Under the pieces are notes generated by a model that was given only the letters and a program-made list of their open reading frames with translations, was not told the DNA's origin and did not search any database. A stretch of DNA of 64,000 nt from the IMG/VR virus record IMGVR_UViG_3300010885_077351. One strand, written 5' to 3'. Both the position numbers and the translations under genes were made by a program. This DNA is from an uncultured virus (IMG/VR IMGVR_UViG_3300010885_077351) (Duplodnaviria > Heunggongvirae > Uroviricota > Caudoviricetes). Below, piece after piece: positions 39,097-49,920 of this stretch (positions within the stretch are counted from its first letter, which is position 1; the number at the start of each line of letters is the position of its first letter).

Positions 39097-41555
39097 TTAA
39101 CCTCTCGCTACTAATTCTTCAAAGCTAGCGCTCTGTCTTGTAGCATAGAAGTTAACAAGAATGAATTCTGCGGTTCTGGTTGGTTTGAGATAGATATCAA
39201 CAACTAATGTGTTATCTTCAATAGTTGTATCTGAGTTGTTTCTTTCATCACATACAACCAAGAAGTCATAAAGGCCCCCGTTAGCTTGAATGTTGATAAA
39301 GAATGGGTTAAGTGTTGCAAGAACTCTATCTCGTGTAAATTTAGTATTTGGTTCAAATACAAAGAATTTCATGATATCCTTAACTGTCTTTTCCATGAAT
39401 AGGAAGTTACGACGGACGTTAATTCTATCAAATGCACTTGGTTTGTTCTGTACTGTCTTTTGACCATACACTACAATACCCTGACCTGGGAATGATGCAA
39501 TTGGATTAATACCAAGCTTATAAATGTCATCACGCTGACGTTGATTTGGACTCCAACCAACATCTACAGCACCTCTAATAATACCACGATTGAAACCAGC
39601 TGGTGCTTCCCATGGACCGGTACCTGCATCGGTATTTGCCATGATAGCTGCAACAAACCCTGATGGTGGTACCCATGTTTGTAAACCTGTTACATCATCA
39701 ATAACTGCAATCCAGTTACTATAGGCTGCCATATATGAAGTGTCGAAGTTATTATAAAGATTTCTTAACGCGTAGTAAATACCTTGATAGTTTCTAGTTG
39801 TTGTTGTTCTGTCAATAACTTTAGAATTAGCACCTGTTATAAAGAACTGTCTGATTGGATCAGCAACAAAGAATGCGTCACCTCTACCGCCATCCTTTTC
39901 AGATTGAGCTATATCAGTAAACTTATTAACTACAGCTTGGTAATTGGTTACAATAGCATTGGATGTAGTTACGAGATCTTTCTGTATAGCAGAAAGTGAA
40001 ACGTTAAAATTATTGCTAAAAGCTGTATCATCATATGATGATGTACCTGCAATTGTTGTAAATGCATAGATTGTACCAAGACCACCTTCTATAAGAATAT
40101 CAACATCAAATAGTTCTGGATCTTTTACTCTATCAAGTGATTTTTCAACCTTTGTTGGTATATTACCAATAATTTTAAGATCTGTATTACCTATTGGGTT
40201 GTATGTACCAAGAGGGTAAATGGAATCTGCTAAACCAAGAGATCCACTTAATTGATTGATTGCAGTAGACCAACCACCACTAACTGAACCACCTGATGTG
40301 AATCCATAATTTGATGTTATTGTTGTTCCTGCAAATCCAATAGAACCTGTAAGCGTTTGATTAATAGATCCATTAACAAGTGTTTGTGTAAGTAATCTTA
40401 CCTTTTTAAGTGTAATAAATGGTGATGCTGTGTCGTATGACGAACCTTTACCAATACTATCAGACGCTACGTTATTAATGTATGGATTGATAAACATTGT
40501 AGCATTAGGACTTCTATTACCAACAATTGTCTGTAAGCTATAAGGTACTGGTTCACCACCTGTAGGTGCAGCAAACTGTCTAAAGTTATTTGTTGCAGAA
40601 CCGGTATAAAGCTCTTGTAGAGAGTAAATGAGTCTATTAGGATCGTCTTGGAATACACTGTTAGTAAGTCTGTAAACACCAACGTTGAGAACATCATCAA
40701 ACTGAACTCTATTACCAATTATATAACCATTTGAACCTGTTTCGATTGATCTTGAAATCGAATCAGCATTAGCATCAAATGTAGAAGTAATTTGGAATGC
40801 AAGGGTTGTGATTGGTACGTTAGTAAAATTTGTAATACCAGCCCCAGTAGCAGTACTAGTTACTGTCCTTACAGAACGGATTTTATCAAAATCTGACCCT
40901 GGATTATCTGCATCAAAGTTATCTGCAAGACCAATATAATAACCTTGGAAAGACTGATCAATTGAAGTTTGTCTTTCATTAACAACAATTACACCGGCAT
41001 TACCAAAGGATGAAAGAGTTGCAACAGTAGCGCTAGCTGGACCACCTGTTGTTAAAAATGAACTTAATGGTGAAGCTGTAGCAGACCAGGTGAAGGCTGA
41101 ACCATCAATAATAGATTCATATTCAGCTCTAGAAAGTGAAAACGACTTAGGTGCACCTAAGAAATATACCCCTGAAGTTGCATTAAGATTACTAGTAATA
41201 CCAGTCGTACCAGAAAGTGCTGGGTTAACTAATTGTACTGGGTATACAAGAGCTGTATAGTAAGAGCCAAACCATCACCACCACCTGAACCGTATGGTAG
41301 TCTATTTGTTAAAATCGTAGCGTTCGAGTTAAGAGCTGATCTTACAGAATGGTAAAAATAACGCTCAGCTGCGTTAGTTGGATTACCGTAAATAAGTTGA
41401 AAATCTGAAATGCTCTGAACAAAATTAATTTCATCTGTAGGACCTTGATCAGCAAATCCGGTAACAAACACGGATGTACCGGCTGCTAACGGTGGTCTTT
41501 CTGAATAATCGAATTCGGTGATTTGAACCCCTGGTGATTGAATGCGTCTTGCCAT
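39097..41555 (-). CDS. gp18: Tail sheath protein (~819 aa), 1-nt deletion in a T run at 41269-41271
   Basis: IQSPGVQITEFD...GFADQGP; the second frame is open from ~41268 into the tracked ORF; WVPPSG, PWEAPAGFNRG, SAFDRINVRR, FEPN, PTRTAEFILVNF. Confidence 0.93.
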
Positions 41556-41560
41556 GAAAT

Positions 41561-41566
41561 TATTTA
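41561..41566 (-). promoter_or_regulatory. T4-late-like TAAATA promoter of the sheath gene
   Basis: TAAATA-ATTTC-ATG. Confidence 0.75.
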
Positions 41567-41586
41567 TTGTTTAATCAGTTATTTTT

Positions 41587-42162
41587 TTACACTTGAGCTA
41601 AATTAAGTTTCAATTGAGAATAAACAAAAGTGAATGAACATTGTATTTCTTCCCCACTTCTATAACTGAGATCGATCTCACCCAACTCTGTTGGAAAAGC
41701 CTTAATATAGTTAAATGCTATTACAGGTTTATCAAATTCATCCAATGCTGTTAAAATAAAATCTGCTTGATAATTCTCAAACCGTTTAGTATTAACTAAT
41801 TCTTCGTTATCGTATGCACCATCTACTTGATCATGCATTAGATTTAACCATGAATATATTGTCCAATAGTTATTGTATCTATTATCAATAGTAAAATTTA
41901 CAGTAACTGGTGGGTATGAATTGATAGTATGGCTTGTATTATATAGAGTATTACCAGAATATCTTATTTCAACTGCAGGTTTTTCAATTTTTGGTACTAA
42001 TGTACCATATACAGAAAATTGTAATGCATCTAAATTAAGTTTTGAATCACTTCTTTGGGTAGCACTATTTTTACCTTTAAGAGCATTAGGTAGATTTAAC
42101 GTAAATAGGAATTTATCCTTTCTCGATTTATTGAGATATGTTTGTTGAATAATGTCACTCAT
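41587..42162 (-). CDS. Tail completion / sheath stabiliser (gp3-like)
   Basis: VNFTIDNRYNNY..IY.WL, AFPTELGEIDL, CSFTFVY; the ATG at 42162 overlaps the terL TGA. Confidence 0.7.
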   Translation of the reverse strand: MSDIIQQTYLNKSRKDKFLFTLNLPNALKGKNSATQRSDSKLNLDALQFSVYGTLVPKIEKPAVEIRYSGNTLYNTSHTINSYPPVTVNFTIDNRYNNYWTIYSWLNLMHDQVDGAYDNEELVNTKRFENYQADFILTALDEFDKPVIAFNYIKAFPTELGEIDLSYRSGEEIQCSFTFVYSQLKLNLAQV

Positions 42163-43850
42163 AGTAAAGTCCAACCTTCTTGTTCTAATATACTTATATC
42201 ACCTTCTACTTGATCACCAAAACCAAATACACAAGGTAATGTGAATATATCATTTTTAAATAGCTCGTTATCACCATATAATGATTGTGGGTTAACCATT
42301 ATGTTCATCCCGAAGTCAGTAACAACTAATTGTTTAGGTTTACCGTTATCATCTGTTTCAGCTATTTCGAAATACATCTGGCAAATGTCTTCATACAATG
42401 CCATTAGAGCCCATATAGTTGCCATCACCTTATCATCATGACAACCATCTTTAGCAGCCCATGAACCGTTAGGGTATCTAGTGAAATCACGGAATTCTCT
42501 AATAGTTTCTACATCATTTAACTTAACACACTTAAGTTCTGATACCCAATACCTCATATTAGTTACAGCTTTTCCTTTAGTGTTAGAATGACATATCATT
42601 CCGTTTTGTTGTTTACGGTTAGCTAATTGACCACCCCAGTTTACAAGACGTTCATAGGAAAATCTGTTCCTTAAAGCATCAGCAACCTGTGCACCAACAC
42701 CATTTCTTTCAACAAGAGCTAGTGGGTTACCCCATTGCCTCAATATTTCAGGTACTTTTGTGGAAAAGTCGTAAGGTGATATCTTATTATTAGAATATAC
42801 AGCCACCTGTTCAATATTAGTGAGATCAGTTAAATCGTATATGGTAATAATAGAGTAATCTTTACCTATACCTTCAGCTGTATCAACACCAGCTGCATAA
42901 ATTCGTTCAGGTAGTGGTGAAACAAAGATTCTATAACAACCATTTTCATATATTTCAACAGGTTGTTTAACAGCTCTCATTAGCTTATCAAAATATTCAT
43001 GATCAATAGCACCATCACCATGCTGAAGGAAAACACACTCATATTCTTGTAACCAAGCTTCATAAGAACCTAAGTTTTCAATGGTTTTCTTTTTAAATGC
43101 TTCATTTCTATTAGGTGGTTCATCCCATTTAATTTCATCAAAACCGAATCCGTTATCACCTTTTACTGCACCCATCCATAATTTATGAAACAGGTTACCT
43201 GTACCATTGGGTGTTGATGCAATTAATATTTTTGCTTTTTCAGCTGAGGAAATCGTAGGGTAAACGGACTTCCAAAAGTCTTCCATAAGACCAGGTTCAA
43301 TGAAAGCAAGCTCATCAATGAATAATAAGGAAATAGCCATACCACGAGCAGCACTACCTGTTGTGGTTGAAATACTAATCTCAGATCCATTAGCTAATTT
43401 CATAGACGTCTTACCATATTCTTCAACACCTGGTTTTAACCAGTTTGGTAGTTCCTCATATGCTAATCTAATACGTTTAAAGATTTCAATAGCTGTTGCT
43501 TCTTTGTTAGCTACAATAACAACACGTTTATCTGCTTCAAAACATGCATGATGTAACGCTTGGATTGTATAGAGGGTACTTTTACCACTTTGTCTTGGTG
43601 ACAATAAAATGAAAAACCTGTTATCTCTCATCTTTCTCAACACTCGACGTTGATATGGTCTAAGAGGTATTTTCATTCTACCTTTATCTGGATGAACGAT
43701 GAAAAAATACTCTTCTGCAAAGTGTAAAATATTTTGTGCACACTTTTTAATTTCCTTCACCTTCAATGGTGTGTACTCAAACACAGCTCCAGCAGTAGGA
43801 AGCGAAGGGTTATTTAAGTAAGTCTGTTTCTTTTTTATTGGACCTGACAT
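42159..43850 (-). CDS. terL: Terminase large subunit (T4 gp17-like)
   Basis: YLNNPSL, PRQSGKS, LLFIDELAF, ASTPNG, QEYEC, AGVDTAEG, HDDKVMA; start placed at MSGPIKK. Confidence 0.95.
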   Translation of the reverse strand: MSGPIKKKQTYLNNPSLPTAGAVFEYTPLKVKEIKKCAQNILHFAEEYFFIVHPDKGRMKIPLRPYQRRVLRKMRDNRFFILLSPRQSGKSTLYTIQALHHACFEADKRVVIVANKEATAIEIFKRIRLAYEELPNWLKPGVEEYGKTSMKLANGSEISISTTTGSAARGMAISLLFIDELAFIEPGLMEDFWKSVYPTISSAEKAKILIASTPNGTGNLFHKLWMGAVKGDNGFGFDEIKWDEPPNRNEAFKKKTIENLGSYEAWLQEYECVFLQHGDGAIDHEYFDKLMRAVKQPVEIYENGCYRIFVSPLPERIYAAGVDTAEGIGKDYSIITIYDLTDLTNIEQVAVYSNNKISPYDFSTKVPEILRQWGNPLALVERNGVGAQVADALRNRFSYERLVNWGGQLANRKQQNGMICHSNTKGKAVTNMRYWVSELKCVKLNDVETIREFRDFTRYPNGSWAAKDGCHDDKVMATIWALMALYEDICQMYFEIAETDDNGKPKQLVVTDFGMNIMVNPQSLYGDNELFKNDIFTLPCVFGFGDQVEGDISILEQEGWTLL

Positions 43851-43867
43851 ATCTCTAAATATTATAT

Positions 43868-44083
43868 ATGACCAATGCATTAGTATCGCGAGTGGTTGCA
43901 GTCTGTGAGGAATTTACAGATACCGTATTATATGATAACATACATAAGAGTATTATTGTCAATATACATAAGGAAAGATTTCCAACCTTGAGGAAAGAAC
44001 TTAAAAAATACGGTTACAGGCTTGTACATATGTCAAAAATGATAGAAACAAACTCTTTCACTTGTGTTTTTATTCGCTTTTGA
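43868..44083 (+). CDS. Hypothetical protein
   Basis: 71 aa; TAAATA 6 nt upstream. Confidence 0.6.
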   Translation: MTNALVSRVVAVCEEFTDTVLYDNIHKSIIVNIHKERFPTLRKELKKYGYRLVHMSKMIETNSFTCVFIRF

Positions 44084-44096
44084 CTAAATAAAATAT

Positions 44097-44978
44097 ATGT
44101 CAAAAAAATCTCTAATGAATTTAGGTATGATCTACAGTAATATACTCAATAACGTTAAAGTTGTTGAGGAAAAAAGTTTACCTAAAACCCGAGGTACTGG
44201 TGCTAAAGAACTTAATGATAAAGGCGCAGCTGATTTACAAGATGGAGGTCCAACAGAAAAGGGTGGATTTAAGCCAAGTGAGATTGATTCTAAAAAGCTT
44301 TCTGAAAAAGATATTGAAGAAAATGAATATGCAGGAAACACACTTACTGCAGAAGAAGATGAAGAAATTCTTGGAAAATCATCACACCGAGCAATAAATA
44401 AGTTTATGAGCAAATCTATTTTTGATAAATTATATGAAAACGTAATGTCTGATTCCATGATGGGAATGGATAACGAAGACGCCGAAACAATGGAACTTGA
44501 TGCCCTTGGTATTGATAGTTACATGGGTGGTGAAGATATGGGTGGTGACGAAGACACAGTCACAATCACACTATCTAAAGACCTCGCTAAACAACTTCAC
44601 GACGTACTTATGGGTGTGATTGGTGATGAAGGTGAAGGTGAAATGGAAGATATGGGTGAAGAAGATATGGGTGGTGACGAACTAGATTTCGAAGCTGAAA
44701 CACCAGAAGAAGATGAAGAAGAAATGGGTCACTCTATTGTAAATGCTAAGAAGCCTAATATGGGTGAAAAAGGCAACAATAAAGTCAACGTGAAACTTAA
44801 GCCAAGTGGTGGTTCAAGTGGTGGTGACGGCAAATATACCGATGAAGTAAATGGTAATGCTGGTGATCTTGGTCACGCTCTTGTAAATGCTAAGAAGCCT
44901 AATATGGGTGATAAAGGCAACAACAAGGTGAGTGGTCAAACAAAGACTGGTAAAGTTGGTAGCGACTTCTTCGCATAA
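44097..44978 (+). CDS. Acidic low-complexity late protein (probable prohead core/internal protein)
   Basis: E/D/M/G-rich; repeated GH.(I/L)VNAKKPNMG.KGNNKV; late boxes before ATG 44097 and internal ATG 44406. Confidence 0.75.
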   Translation: MSKKSLMNLGMIYSNILNNVKVVEEKSLPKTRGTGAKELNDKGAADLQDGGPTEKGGFKPSEIDSKKLSEKDIEENEYAGNTLTAEEDEEILGKSSHRAINKFMSKSIFDKLYENVMSDSMMGMDNEDAETMELDALGIDSYMGGEDMGGDEDTVTITLSKDLAKQLHDVLMGVIGDEGEGEMEDMGEEDMGGDELDFEAETPEEDEEEMGHSIVNAKKPNMGEKGNNKVNVKLKPSGGSSGGDGKYTDEVNGNAGDLGHALVNAKKPNMGDKGNNKVSGQTKTGKVGSDFFA

Positions 44979-45005
44979 TATTTAAATAGAAGCTAATAAT
45001 TGGGG

Positions 45006-45035
45006 AGCTCGGATGTTAATTCATCCGAGCTTTCT
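45006..45035 (+). terminator. Intrinsic terminator
   Basis: AGCTCGGATG-TTAATT-CATCCGAGCT followed by TTCT. Confidence 0.7.
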
Positions 45036-45057
45036 ACTGTTTATATTAAATATTATT

Positions 45058-45384
45058 GTGACTTCTTTTAAACAGTTCATGGGTCAACCCAAAAATTCCA
45101 AAACACTTCATATAACTGGTCGTAACCAAAGAATGAATCCTATGAACCCTAAGGTTGCTAAGGATAAAAAGATTAGCGGTCAAAGAAAGACTATTGAGGT
45201 TGAATCTTTATTCAAAGGCATGAATCCAAAGCCTTTTTTAACAGATGATAGAGCTTTTACAGTAAGTAAAGAGTATGGTATTAATTTACCACAAGAGGGT
45301 GAGATGGTTAAAGTCAATTCAAACTCGGATATCTCAATGACAAAGGAAAACGGAAAATACTATCTTACAAAATCTAATGAGTAA
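45058..45384 (+). CDS. Late hypothetical protein (start revised to GTG 45058)
   Basis: TAAATA-TTATT-GTG gives MTSFKQFMG; the tracked start at 45013 lies inside the terminator. Confidence 0.65.
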   Translation: MTSFKQFMGQPKNSKTLHITGRNQRMNPMNPKVAKDKKISGQRKTIEVESLFKGMNPKPFLTDDRAFTVSKEYGINLPQEGEMVKVNSNSDISMTKENGKYYLTKSNE

Positions 45385-46210
45385 TTGTCGTCCATTACAA
45401 AGCTGTGATATATTTGCTGGTTCTAACACAGCGGATTGTGAAATCTTTAACGCTAACAATTTTCAAGGTGAGCAGATCATCTACGATAATGCTTTCAAAG
45501 ACTTAATTAAGAATTTTGGTACAAACGTTAACTATTACGTTAATACATACAATGTATCTGCAACGGATAACTTTTATGGTGAGGACCCTACAAGACCATA
45601 CTCAGCTCCACGAAATGTGAGAATGTATGTTGAGGTAGGAGCTAATGCAATCACTCTTAGAAAGTTTGGTTTCGTAAGTGATGAAGAATTTACAGGATAT
45701 TTACATATCGATACGTTTACTTCATTATTCAGTTCACTTGCATATAGTACATTTGGTCAAAGAACTGAACCTAAATCTGGTGATGTTGTGGAATTAGTTG
45801 ATTACTTCTGTCGACCAGGTGATAGAGGTCCAAGAATGTATGAAATCACTGAGAGAGTTGATGAAGATATACCAGCAATCAACCCACTTTACGGTTCATA
45901 TGTATATAAATTAAAAGGTAAACGTTTCGAATACTCATTCGAACCTGGTTTAACTGGTGAATCTGGTAACAATCAAGTTTACGATAACACATTCTCTGGT
46001 ATTGTTTCATCATCACCAGATTATTATGTATTGAGTCTCAATAATGAAGATGTGATATTACATCTCAATGGTGATTTTGAACTTGCAATTGCAGAGATAC
46101 AACAAACTATAGGTGTGAAATCATACCCAGGTAATGTAGATCAACTTAGTATTGACATGGTTTTTGACCAGGGTGTCAATAACACTGATATCTACGGAAC
46201 TTACGGTTGA
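45377..46210 (+). CDS. gp14: Neck / head completion protein (T4 gp14-like)
   Basis: IKNFGTNVNYY, DNFYGEDP, MYVE, KFGF...E, PKSGD, MYEIT, YVYKL...RFEYS. Confidence 0.75.
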   Translation: MSNCRPLQSCDIFAGSNTADCEIFNANNFQGEQIIYDNAFKDLIKNFGTNVNYYVNTYNVSATDNFYGEDPTRPYSAPRNVRMYVEVGANAITLRKFGFVSDEEFTGYLHIDTFTSLFSSLAYSTFGQRTEPKSGDVVELVDYFCRPGDRGPRMYEITERVDEDIPAINPLYGSYVYKLKGKRFEYSFEPGLTGESGNNQVYDNTFSGIVSSSPDYYVLSLNNEDVILHLNGDFELAIAEIQQTIGVKSYPGNVDQLSIDMVFDQGVNNTDIYGTYG

Positions 46211-46929
46211 GCTAATGGTGTTAATTTAGACGCCATTACACACAGTCTTTTTCTTTCTGCAGATTTGAACAACACTTTGAAATGTTTGAACCCTAGAGCT
46301 TTGAGCATGTAAATCAATACTCGATCATCATTTGGTTTCCATGAAACACCTTCAATACCTGTTAGTCCATGTTCAAGTTCTTTGCTTTCAGTATTAAACA
46401 CCAAGCATGGTTTATCACTTTGCACACTTGGATCATATGCTGTATTGATTGTGATAACATCTGTTGTTAAATTGGCTACTTTGGCTAGATCTGCAAATGG
46501 AAATGCTAAGTGATAGAAAATACCATTAAAAAATGTAATATCAAATGGTTGTAATGTATCCAAAATCTTGAAATCAGCAACTTGAAAAGTTAGGTTATCA
46601 GTATTGTAAAGATTGATATTTTGCTTGAGCCAATTTGCTTGATTGATCCACAGGTCCCTCACATCAAAGCCAAATCCACGCTTGATGCCCAACTTCTGAC
46701 ATTCAAACAAGTGTCCCCCTGCATTGCATGCTACATCCAACACAGTCTTATCTTTGATAGTATCACCAAAAATCCTTGTTAATGGTGCACTGATGTATTT
46801 TTGACTGCTGAACCCAGACTCACTGCCAATAAAGTATGGTTGTGTTAAATCACTTGTTTTTAGTGTTTCAGTAATTTGGACATCATGATGCCATTTACCC
46901 ACTAGCTGTTCGTTATATGTCAGTTCCAT
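46201..46929 (-). CDS. Class I SAM-dependent methyltransferase
   Basis: KTVLDVACNAG, GFD, FDITFFNGIFYHL..P. Confidence 0.85.
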   Translation of the reverse strand: MELTYNEQLVGKWHHDVQITETLKTSDLTQPYFIGSESGFSSQKYISAPLTRIFGDTIKDKTVLDVACNAGGHLFECQKLGIKRGFGFDVRDLWINQANWLKQNINLYNTDNLTFQVADFKILDTLQPFDITFFNGIFYHLAFPFADLAKVANLTTDVITINTAYDPSVQSDKPCLVFNTESKELEHGLTGIEGVSWKPNDDRVLIYMLKALGFKHFKVLFKSAERKRLCVMASKLTPLAQP

Positions 46930-47542
46930 AATTAAATTTTGTAAATATTTCTTTTTCTGTGTTGTATATAATACTCTTTGTTGTTGAGCTTATATTTTTT
47001 CTATCATAAACTTGGATATTTGTATGAGTTGGTGGCATCTTTACTTTACCATCTGCAAGATCTTGCATACGTGTAACATTGTATGGTTCACCAATTTCAT
47101 CAAGTATATTTATCAAATCTCTGTACAAATGTTCTGTTTTTCCAATTTTGGTGACTTTATTGGTAGTTGGAAAATTAGCATCTTCACCCATGTATCTCTT
47201 CACTAACACTGTAAACTTACCAAGCCAGAATTGCCCGTAATCATCAATCCACTTATCAAATGATTTGCTTTTCAGCTCATCACCACTGAACCTAGACAGT
47301 GGTTGCATTTTATTCCAGTGATACCATGAATGCCACCAAGTAATGGGGTTTCTAACAAATGTAAAATTGATTCTATTGTCCTGTGGCATCTGTGATGCAA
47401 ATAAGTGACCATGATGAGGTGTTGTGAATACTTGATCTTTATCCTTGATACACCCAACATTCCACAAAATAGATTGTATTGATGTACCACCACACTTGGG
47501 TATGTGAATAAACTTACTGTTTTGTAAAATTGCGTTTGACAT
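46913..47542 (-). CDS. Sulfotransferase (Sulfotransfer_2-like)
   Basis: 5'-PSB motif FIHIPKCGGTSI; 3'-PB motif FTFVRNP.....SWY. Confidence 0.8.
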   Translation of the reverse strand: MSNAILQNSKFIHIPKCGGTSIQSILWNVGCIKDKDQVFTTPHHGHLFASQMPQDNRINFTFVRNPITWWHSWYHWNKMQPLSRFSGDELKSKSFDKWIDDYGQFWLGKFTVLVKRYMGEDANFPTTNKVTKIGKTEHLYRDLINILDEIGEPYNVTRMQDLADGKVKMPPTHTNIQVYDRKNISSTTKSIIYNTEKEIFTKFNYGTDI

Positions 47543-47543
47543 A

Positions 47544-48779
47544 CTATATATTATTCACTAACATATAATTATCAATGTGTTCAAGCTTAACTTTTGCATT
47601 TAAAGCAGGTCCAATGAAGTGGAGAATCATTTCAGCGCCAGTGGGCGGCTCCATGTTACCAAAACGCACAACACCTGTTTCAGTATTGCTTAAATTGCCA
47701 GTAGGAATGAGTTTTACTTTTTTATCAAACATCACTGAGTTAGTAAGAGCATTTGTACAAAAATAGTAGTTCATAAATGACTGCTCAAAGAAATATTCAC
47801 CAGGCCAATTCTGCATAAACCAATTTACATTTTGAAAATGTAATTTCATTTTTGTGGAATTTTTAAACAAAAATTGTCCAGCATTGAATGGCATCTGGTT
47901 GTTATCTGTTATAACAGTATAGTCAGCATCATTTATCATTGCAAATCCATGATAAAAGCTTGTTTTGTGAGTATCTAATTTAAGATTTTTATTGTATGCA
48001 GTGTAAATTTTGTTGTATTGTATGTTTAAACCAAATACTTCTGAAATATCACGTGTTATAATTGTATCTGCATCCAAATACAATATTTTTTCATAGTTGT
48101 TTATGTTTTCAAAGTCAAATATTGTTGTTTTAACTGTTGATGCAGCAACACCATCAATTGGTGTAGATACTAGTTTGTAAGTTACTGCTCTATTGTTTGT
48201 ACCCAATGCTGTTACAATTTTTTCTTTTGTTGATGCATCTGTAAACACCAAAATATCAAAGTTTGCAGCATTGCTTAAAGAGTTAATTGATTTGACTAAT
48301 AGGTTAACATAATTAATGTCACCAAATACTACATAATACAGTAAATTTTTACCAGTACGAATGTTTCGACTAGTTGTACTATTCTTAACAGTCAAAGCTT
48401 TGGTTCTCACTTGTTCTAACAACTGCCATTTAACTTGCTCTGTATCTTCATATGGAGTGTTGGTATTTTTACGCATCAATGTTCCGCGATTGTATTCAAC
48501 ACCTGACAATTTTTCAGTACGTGTTGATGCATATCTGCGTAAATCCTCTGCATTAACAGCTTTATTTTTACTAACAGATATGCTGCTAGTTTCTCCAGTT
48601 ATAAACTCAATATCGAACGATAAATTTGTAGCTTTATGAAACTCATCGTCATGTAACCCAACTGCACCCAAGGCTAATGTCTCTGGTGTGAGTGATACAG
48701 AATAGTTGTTAACATTCAAAGTAACTGCATGAATGCTTGATAAATTACTTGTGATTGATTTTGGAAGTAAAATTTTCAT
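47544..48779 (-). CDS. GT-A glycosyltransferase (GT8-like) with N-terminal extension
   Basis: YEKILYLDADTII, FNAGQFLF, EQSFMNYYF, ILHFIG. Confidence 0.8.
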   Translation of the reverse strand: MKILLPKSITSNLSSIHAVTLNVNNYSVSLTPETLALGAVGLHDDEFHKATNLSFDIEFITGETSSISVSKNKAVNAEDLRRYASTRTEKLSGVEYNRGTLMRKNTNTPYEDTEQVKWQLLEQVRTKALTVKNSTTSRNIRTGKNLLYYVVFGDINYVNLLVKSINSLSNAANFDILVFTDASTKEKIVTALGTNNRAVTYKLVSTPIDGVAASTVKTTIFDFENINNYEKILYLDADTIITRDISEVFGLNIQYNKIYTAYNKNLKLDTHKTSFYHGFAMINDADYTVITDNNQMPFNAGQFLFKNSTKMKLHFQNVNWFMQNWPGEYFFEQSFMNYYFCTNALTNSVMFDKKVKLIPTGNLSNTETGVVRFGNMEPPTGAEMILHFIGPALNAKVKLEHIDNYMLVNNI

Positions 48780-48782
48780 ATA

Positions 48783-49919
48783 TTATGTTGGACAGCTGTT
48801 TATACTCTCAACTACACCGTTAATGTCAGTATTAAAGTATGTATTATAACCGTATCGGTATAAAGACAATGCGGCTAGCCTACCTCCTAGACCATCATTA
48901 CTATAAATAATAGTTCCAATACTAATAGATGTAGTTGTAGTATAAAAGTAGGTATTTAACAAATCTGGTTGACCACAACCAGAAATATTATATGGCCATG
49001 AATACACACAAGCTGCAGTACTGGTGATTGCACCTGTATGTGCAGTATAAAGTATACCAGCGTAAGCAAATGTAACAAATCCCACCGGTACAGTAAGGTT
49101 ACTGTCAGTATACACTGCGACACCATTTTGAAGTGTTGAATCTAACCACGCTCTGTAGTAAGTTGTTGGTGTGCCGCCATCCCTATAGCTATTACAATCA
49201 GCATATGTAACCCATGATCTATAACAAGGGTATAATGCTGTAACAGACCCAGCAGTCGCGTTATAGTTGTAATTACTCCGGACAAAATTACCATTATATT
49301 GAATAGTTAATCCTTCATCAGTATATATACTACCACCAGGGAATGGGGTGCTATCATCACTCCAAACCGTTGTTCCACCTCCAGACTGATTACAATCACC
49401 ATAAATTGTAAATTGGTAAGGACATGTAGCTAAACCAGATGCAGCTGAGACTAAACCATTACCATCTGTTTGATATCTATAGTAAGTACTGGAACCATCA
49501 TAATATACGAATAGTGTTTGATTAGCCCATGGTATTATCAATGCTGTATCTGAGTATATAGTACTAGTAGCTGTCGGTGTTGTTCCAACTTGCGTATATA
49601 CAGTAGCGCTCGAAAGGAGTGTGCAATCGGTATATACTGTGTATGAACTGTAACAAATTGCTTTTGTGGTAATTAACCCAGAACCATTAGTTGTGTATGT
49701 ATAATTTGAATATACAAATGACGTATTCGTAAGTGGTGTTGTTAATGCTGCAGTTGTATATACAATGGTACTAGTACCAATATCTATAGGAAACCCAGAG
49801 TAAACGTAAATTGTGTATGGAGAACTACCACCACAATTGGGAGATACCGTATATGAATCACTAGCAGGAAGGCTACCACGCTTTGAACTAGCTATTATAC
49901 CAAAAACTACAGGAATCAT
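48783..49919 (-). CDS. Fibre-tip/adhesin-like protein with five two-Cys repeats
   Basis: MIPVVFGIIASS leader; five ~66-77 aa T/Y/S-rich units with (I/V)Y(T/S)D..L core. Confidence 0.7.
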   Translation of the reverse strand: MIPVVFGIIASSKRGSLPASDSYTVSPNCGGSSPYTIYVYSGFPIDIGTSTIVYTTAALTTPLTNTSFVYSNYTYTTNGSGLITTKAICYSSYTVYTDCTLLSSATVYTQVGTTPTATSTIYSDTALIIPWANQTLFVYYDGSSTYYRYQTDGNGLVSAASGLATCPYQFTIYGDCNQSGGGTTVWSDDSTPFPGGSIYTDEGLTIQYNGNFVRSNYNYNATAGSVTALYPCYRSWVTYADCNSYRDGGTPTTYYRAWLDSTLQNGVAVYTDSNLTVPVGFVTFAYAGILYTAHTGAITSTAACVYSWPYNISGCGQPDLLNTYFYTTTTSISIGTIIYSNDGLGGRLAALSLYRYGYNTYFNTDINGVVESINSCPT

Positions 49920-49920
49920 G

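Noticed and set aside
20699..42162. Tailocin or extracellular contractile injection system
   Set aside because: Terminase, neck, primase and clamp-loader genes show a complete T4-like phage.
42159..43850. Intein or intron in the terminase
   Set aside because: Normal length, with ATPase and nuclease motifs contiguous.
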